Positions 58,929-64,000 of a stretch of 64,000 nucleotides of DNA are shown here, one piece after another. The translations under genes were made by a program, and so were the position numbers. The notes under the pieces are model-generated. The model was not told the DNA's origin. It made no database searches and saw nothing but the letters and a program-made list of their open reading frames with translations. Source of the stretch: Bdellovibrionota bacterium (lineage in GTDB: Bacteria > Bdellovibrionota_C > UBA2361 > JAAYZI01); contig JBMNIF010000002.1 of assembly GCA_050950765.1 (NCBI GenBank), positions 224,001 to 288,000 of the forward strand, read 5' to 3'. Position 1 is the first letter of the stretch; every line of letters begins with the position of its first letter.

Positions 58929-60581
58929 TTACATTCTTCCATCATTTAACCAATAACGGATCAAGAGTGCCGCCTGTTCTGGATTCTCTTTAACCATCTT
59001 CGAGTTTTCAGCCATAATTTCATTTAACTGATCCATATCAACACGTTGTTCAATTTCAGGAATCTTCGTGCGTTGTCTTTCCGCCTCAAGCTCAGCTTCC
59101 AACTCTGCAATACCCGTAGGTAACAAACGTGTTAAATCGATCTCCGCCTCAGTCGGTGTAGTCAGGTAGTTAATAAACGGTTTAATAACAATAACTAAAA
59201 ATCCGAAAAAAAGTAGTAGCGGAACTACATACGGCAAGATCCTATTTGCCCAATGCCACCACTGTTCACTACTGCTCCAAACCTCTTCAAAGTCCACAGG
59301 TTTTGTAGAGAACGGTACATTTTCAACTGTCACAACATCACCGCGGGAAGCATCATAACCAACGGCACTTTTTACCAATGATTCAATCTGTGCCAACATC
59401 CCCTCATCTAACGGTTTATAAACAGTCTTGATATTTTGACCTGCGGCATCAGTGACGTTTTCATAATTACCGTCAACACCTACTGCTACTGAAAGATTAA
59501 TCAATCTGCCGCGTGGTGCCGATACTTTTGTCACAGCACGTGAAACTTCATAATTTTTTAACATCTCTTTTTGTGATGATTTACTTTCATCAGATCCAGG
59601 AGGTGTAATTAGATCTGGATCATTACTAAGATTTGAAATCACACCTGGAATCCCGCCACGTTGTGAAAAGCCCGTTCCACGTTCTATACTTCTTTCCGAA
59701 CGTACGACTTGACCACCTGGATCGTAGATTTCTTCTTCTCTTTCATTAGCAGAGAAATCCAAATTCGCTGTAACACGTGCAATGATTTTTTCAGGACCAA
59801 GCACCTTCGACAACATCTGTTCTATCTGACGCACATAGCCCTTTTCTAAAGCAGTTTTGTATTGTAAGCGTGTGGCTTCTGCTACAAGCCCCTCCTCTTC
59901 ATCTTCATCAGGTGTGAGGAGATTCCCGTACATATCAACGATGGTCACATTCTCAGGAAGCAGCCCCTCAATAGAACCCGCTACAAGATTGGTAATACCT
60001 TTTATCTGTTTTTTTCCCAACTCAACACCTGGACGTAATGTTAACATTACAGAGGCGGTTGTCTGATTCTCTTTCTTTGAAAAAACCGACTTTTCAGGTT
60101 TGGCGATAGCTACTCGTGCTGAATTAACTGCATCCATAGCCTCAATTGTTCGTTGTAATTCACCTTGCACGGCACGAGTCCAACGGATCTTCTCTTCAAA
60201 TGTGGTGGTTCCTAAATTAGTCACATCAAAGAGTTCAAAACCTACCTTGCCTCCTTTCGGCACACCTTCAGCCGCAAGTGAGATTCTCAATTCATGTACG
60301 GCTTCCGGTGGAGTGATTGCGATCGTACCGCCATCTCCACGAATCTGATAAGCTATCTTCTGTTCCTTTAAGCGCTCAATAACTGCAGCAGAATCTGCCG
60401 GACCTAAATCTGTAAAAAGCACGGCATAACCAGGACGACTAGCGATATTTGAAACGAATACAATCCCCGCCACAGAACCTATAATCAGTAACGGATAGAT
60501 TATTTTTTGCAAAAGCGGCATCTTGAGATACCCCTCAAAAGCCTTTCCTAATGCTGCTCCTAAATCAATTTTCCCTGCCAC
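58929..60581 (-). CDS. fliF: Flagellar MS-ring protein FliF
   Basis: GFELFD, RAVQGELQRTI, ASVML, NYEVSR, ENPEQAALLIRYWL. Confidence 0.96.
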   Translation of the reverse strand: MAGKIDLGAALGKAFEGYLKMPLLQKIIYPLLIIGSVAGIVFVSNIASRPGYAVLFTDLGPADSAAVIERLKEQKIAYQIRGDGGTIAITPPEAVHELRISLAAEGVPKGGKVGFELFDVTNLGTTTFEEKIRWTRAVQGELQRTIEAMDAVNSARVAIAKPEKSVFSKKENQTTASVMLTLRPGVELGKKQIKGITNLVAGSIEGLLPENVTIVDMYGNLLTPDEDEEEGLVAEATRLQYKTALEKGYVRQIEQMLSKVLGPEKIIARVTANLDFSANEREEEIYDPGGQVVRSERSIERGTGFSQRGGIPGVISNLSNDPDLITPPGSDESKSSQKEMLKNYEVSRAVTKVSAPRGRLINLSVAVGVDGNYENVTDAAGQNIKTVYKPLDEGMLAQIESLVKSAVGYDASRGDVVTVENVPFSTKPVDFEEVWSSSEQWWHWANRILPYVVPLLLFFGFLVIVIKPFINYLTTPTEAEIDLTRLLPTGIAELEAELEAERQRTKIPEIEQRVDMDQLNEIMAENSKMVKENPEQAALLIRYWLNDGRM

Positions 60582-60609
60582 CTAAAACTCCCTACAAAAC
60601 CTAAAAAAG

Positions 60610-60930
60610 CTAAATCTGTGTTCTAATGATCTCTTGATACGCATTGATAATTTTCTGCTGCAAATTAGTCATGAACTGAAAAGTCACATCAGCTTTTTCA
60701 AGAGCTATCATAGCATCATGAATATTAGCGCCCTCTTTTTTAGTCATAACGTTTTCTATCTGCTGATCAGCGTCGAGTTGTAATCTATTAACATCGTTTA
60801 AAACCTGTGCTAGTACATCGCCGAAAGATGAACCGCTTTTATCAACACTACCTTGCACACCTTGTTGCTGTAACGGTTGAGAGATCGGCTTAATTGCTTC
60901 AAGTCCAAATTGTATCCCTTCAATACTCAT
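60610..60930 (-). CDS. fliE: Flagellar hook-basal body protein FliE
   Basis: SFGDVL..VNRLQ..IHDAMIALEKA..KIINAYQEIIRTQI. Confidence 0.95.
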   Translation of the reverse strand: MSIEGIQFGLEAIKPISQPLQQQGVQGSVDKSGSSFGDVLAQVLNDVNRLQLDADQQIENVMTKKEGANIHDAMIALEKADVTFQFMTNLQQKIINAYQEIIRTQI

Positions 60931-60945
60931 CGTTCTCTAATCTCC

Positions 60946-61383
60946 TTAAGCTTGTGTTACTATCCTACGGGCATCCTGATTCATCCTCTTTGCAGTATCT
61001 AGAGCAGTGGCATTAGCTTGATACAGCCTTGAAATAGTAATTAAATCAGTCATCGTAGAAACAACGTTAATGTTTGGATAAGCCACATTTCCATTTTCAT
61101 CAGCGTCAGGATGATTCGGCTCATAAACAAGACGCGCCGGTGAATTATCCTCAAGCACGCCTGCCACCATCGGTTTCTGCAAAGTCATCCGATCAAGTGT
61201 TGAGGCAAATCCGCTTTTTTCTTCATTGGCATAAACCACAACATCACGTCGTTTATAAGGACCTCCGTCAGAGGTACGTGTTGTCTGCGCATTAGCTATA
61301 TTGGATGCCAATACGTTCATCCTAGTACGTGCTGCGCTTAACCCACTTGCTAATACATCCATCACGTCATACATAACCGGCAT
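60946..61383 (-). CDS. flgC: Flagellar basal-body rod protein FlgC
   Basis: ASGLSAARTRMNVLASNIANAQTT..GPYKRR..YEPNHPDA..YPNIN. Confidence 0.96.
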   Translation of the reverse strand: MPVMYDVMDVLASGLSAARTRMNVLASNIANAQTTRTSDGGPYKRRDVVVYANEEKSGFASTLDRMTLQKPMVAGVLEDNSPARLVYEPNHPDADENGNVAYPNINVVSTMTDLITISRLYQANATALDTAKRMNQDARRIVTQA

Positions 61384-61398
61384 CTCCCTTTAGTAAAA

Positions 61399-61812
61399 TT
61401 ATCTACCACCCGTACGTATCGCCGTACGCAAAAAGGCCATCTTTTTACGTATCAGATCTGCAGCAAAGCCGAACTGGGTGGAGTTCTGCTCCAACTTACC
61501 CATCTGAATATCAAGGTCTACGTTATTACCATCAGCGCGAGTTACCCCTGAAAGATCTTCTACAAGATGTGCAAAGCCATCGGCTTCGCTATCAAGGTGT
61601 CTGGCGTTAGTTTTTAAAACAGGGCTGTTGTCACCTCCCGACATAGCTTTCTCTAACTCTCCTGCAAAGGTAAGATCTACTGCTCTATAACCAGGAGTTT
61701 CAGCATTGGTAATATTACTAGTGATAGCTTCGTTTCTACGATAAGCTAGATCCATCGCCTGCTGAATGCCGCTTATTTTTTGATCAAACAATCCGTCCAG
61801 TAAGCTACTCAT
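61399..61812 (-). CDS. flgB: Flagellar basal-body rod protein FlgB
   Basis: SNITNAETPGYRAVDL, DGNNVDLD. Confidence 0.96.
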   Translation of the reverse strand: MSSLLDGLFDQKISGIQQAMDLAYRRNEAITSNITNAETPGYRAVDLTFAGELEKAMSGGDNSPVLKTNARHLDSEADGFAHLVEDLSGVTRADGNNVDLDIQMGKLEQNSTQFGFAADLIRKKMAFLRTAIRTGGR

Positions 61813-61885
61813 AATAAAAATCCCGTAAAAAGATTCTCTTCAGACTTTGTCAAAATAAGACAATAATCCTACACAGACCTCTTAA

Positions 61886-61978
61886 TGCAAGTAGCGTGCA
61901 CAACTTTAATCTAATAATATCAATATATTAGCCACTAAGCAGAGGGGTTATTCTTGGCAGCTCTGTCAATTTTTTGTC
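61886..61978 (-). promoter_or_regulatory. sigma54-like promoter of flgB with IHF site and candidate enhancer box
   Basis: Minus strand TTGTGCACGCTACTTGCA (61886-61903; -24 reads TG instead of GG); TATCAATATATTA IHF consensus at 61918-61930; GTCAATTTTTTGTC at 61965-61978. Confidence 0.55.
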
Positions 61979-62377
61979 ACTACTTTTAGTTATTTTCCTC
62001 CACGCAATCCCTCATCATTATTAAGGGCTATGAAGGAAAGATTTTGATTCTCCGATCAAAGTCGCCTCTCTTTCGATTCGAGCTACATATCCGTAGCTAT
62101 CGATTCAGGCTCTAGAAATTTAAAAGAGGTTTTAAATACTACGAAGAAAGTGCTGAAGCAGATAAGAACATTTATTAATAAAAACCTTCAGAGATAGAAG
62201 ATTAAAGAGACAATTTATTTAAAATAAAATCGTTAGAAAGAGTCCTTACCTTGTCAAGATCCATGCTTTTTATTAGTCTCAATAGAAGAGGCGATTTAAT
62301 TACCGTCCAATCTCTTTTTTTATTAACACTGTCGTTTCTGCACTAACATTAATTACATAGATATAAATTGATCATAT

Positions 62378-63367
62378 ATGGATACTAATTTACAAGAACT
62401 GGGAGAAGAGGTCGCACGCAAAAACCCTTTGCTACAACAGATCAAAACAGAGATCGGCAAAGTGGTGATCGGACAAGAACAACTAATAGAACGTTTAATA
62501 ATATCTTTATTGTGCAATCAACACGTTCTGATTGAGGGGTTACCTGGCTTAGCAAAAACTCTTTCTGTTACAACACTAGCAAAAACCATTCAAGCAACAT
62601 TCCACCGCTTACAATTTACTCCCGATCTATTACCGGCAGACTTAATCGGCACCCTCGTTTACAATCCGAAAAGTGGTGAGTTTTACACCAAGAAGGGGCC
62701 GATCTTTGCAAATATTATCCTTGCTGATGAAATCAATCGTGCACCTGCCAAGATTCAAAGTGCACTACTTGAAGCGATGCAGGAAAGACAGGTTACTATC
62801 GGAGATGAGAGCTTCCCGTTAGACGATCCCTTTATGGTTTTGGCAACACAAAATCCGATTGAACAGGAAGGAACTTATCCTCTTCCAGAAGCTCAGATTG
62901 ATAGGTTTATGTTTAAGTTGTTAGTTAGTTATCCAAGCAAAGAAGAGGAGCGTAAAATTTTACATACCCGTTCACGCTCTCTACAAGTTGATGATGTTAC
63001 TCCCGTTATCTCAACTACTGAAATCTTACGCCTTAGAGAGATCGTAGATAAGATCTATATCGACGAACGTATTGAAGAGTATATTGTCGAAATAATTGAT
63101 GCCAGTAGACATCCTGAAAAACACGGACTTAACATCTCAAATCTTATCCGTTACGGAGCTTCTCCGCGTGCTACTATTTTTCTAGCATTAGCAGCCAAAG
63201 CTCACGCCTTCTTTAACGGACGTGCCTATGTTGTTCCGCAAGATATAAAAGAGATCGGGTTTGATGTTTTAAGACACCGCATAGCTATTTCTTATGAAGC
63301 AGAGGTAGAGGAGAAATCTTCTCAAGATATTATTAAGCAGATATTTGATACTGTGAAGGTTCCATGA
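62378..63367 (+). CDS. moxR: MoxR family AAA+ ATPase
   Basis: EGLPGLAKT, RLQFTPDLLPAD, ADEINRAPAKIQSALLEAM, ATQNPIEQEGTYPLPEAQ. Confidence 0.95.
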   Translation: MDTNLQELGEEVARKNPLLQQIKTEIGKVVIGQEQLIERLIISLLCNQHVLIEGLPGLAKTLSVTTLAKTIQATFHRLQFTPDLLPADLIGTLVYNPKSGEFYTKKGPIFANIILADEINRAPAKIQSALLEAMQERQVTIGDESFPLDDPFMVLATQNPIEQEGTYPLPEAQIDRFMFKLLVSYPSKEEERKILHTRSRSLQVDDVTPVISTTEILRLREIVDKIYIDERIEEYIVEIIDASRHPEKHGLNISNLIRYGASPRATIFLALAAKAHAFFNGRAYVVPQDIKEIGFDVLRHRIAISYEAEVEEKSSQDIIKQIFDTVKVP

Positions 63368-64000
63368 TTCCAAAGGATCTCGCAAAAAAAATACGTGCTA
63401 TTGAGATCTATACCACTAAAGCTGCTGACGACGTCTTGGCAGGAGCTTATGAAAGTGTTTTTAAGGGACGTGGTATGGAGTTCGATGAAGTACGCGAATA
63501 CACACCTGGTGACGATGTCAGATCCATTGATTGGAATGTAACAGCTCGTGTCGGGCGTCCTTATATTAAACGCTACGTTGAAGAACGTGAATTAACTGTG
63601 ATGTTATTGGTAGACCTTTCAGCTTCAGGTAGTTTCGGTACCGCTCGGCAAACCAAAAACGAAACAGCTGCCGAACTGTGCGCACTACTCTCTTTTTCTG
63701 CTATAAAAAATAATGACAAGGTTGGTTTATTAGCTTTTACTGATGAAGTCGAGTTAAATATTCCACCTAGTAAAGGAACTACACATGTTTTGAAAATTAT
63801 CCAAAACATTCTGCATTTTACCCCTAAGTATCGCAGGACAAATATTCAAGCTGCACTAGAGTACCTTGCTCATATTATTCATAAACGGTGCGTAATTTTT
63901 TTAATTTCAGATTTTCAAGATCACGGCTATGAGAAGTTACTCCGCATTTTAGCTAAAAAGCATGACATCATTGCATGTCAAATTATCGATCAAGCTGAAA
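63364..64000 (+). CDS. DUF58 domain protein (3'-partial)
   Basis: Manual translation MIPKDLAKKIRAIEI..SVFKGRGMEFDEVREYTPGDDVRSIDWNVTAR..EERELTVMLLVDLSAS; ATGA overlap with moxR. Confidence 0.92.
   Translation, partial: MIPKDLAKKIRAIEIYTTKAADDVLAGAYESVFKGRGMEFDEVREYTPGDDVRSIDWNVTARVGRPYIKRYVEERELTVMLLVDLSASGSFGTARQTKNETAAELCALLSFSAIKNNDKVGLLAFTDEVELNIPPSKGTTHVLKIIQNILHFTPKYRRTNIQAALEYLAHIIHKRCVIFLISDFQDHGYEKLLRILAKKHDIIACQIIDQAE

Noticed and set aside
584..63809. Numerous 60-150 aa antisense or overlapping ORFs in the track (e.g. 584..1039, 11603..11983, 19151..19555, 39819..40241, 63573..63809)
   Set aside because: They are shadows of well-supported genes on the opposite strand or in another frame, with no recognisable motifs

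Overview
AT-rich bacterial chromosomal window, with gene content and order typical of a deltaproteobacterial-type lineage (Bdellovibrionota/Myxococcota-like; this is inference). It holds housekeeping genes (addAB-like pair, queA, gmhA, mlaA, argS, tyrA, two aminotransferases, trmL, rdgB, rne/rng, an mreB paralog, comEC, clcA, mutM, moxR-DUF58) and two flagellar clusters: motA-motB-like x2-fliMNOPQR and flgBC-fliEF-fliHIJ-motE. The flagellar clusters have sigma54/IHF/enhancer-type promoters and lack fliG and fliL at their usual positions. The most notable feature is a separate, strongly diverged non-flagellar type III secretion-like locus at about 33.8-44.4 kb. It encodes two FHA proteins, SctJ, an SctK/FliG-like small protein, SctQ, SctR, SctS, SctT, an SctU lacking its cytoplasmic autocleavage domain, a SycD/LcrH-like TPR chaperone and two FliA-like sigma factors. 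No secretin, SctV, ATPase or needle gene lies in the locus. Also notable are a ~1 kb non-coding mosaic of shuffled modules joined by a GGTGCCACCC core and containing IHF-consensus sites (30.7-31.7 kb), and a nonsense-interrupted transposase N-terminal remnant missed by the ORF track. No rRNA, tRNA or CRISPR array was recognised. All calls come from motif recognition by eye; no searches were run.
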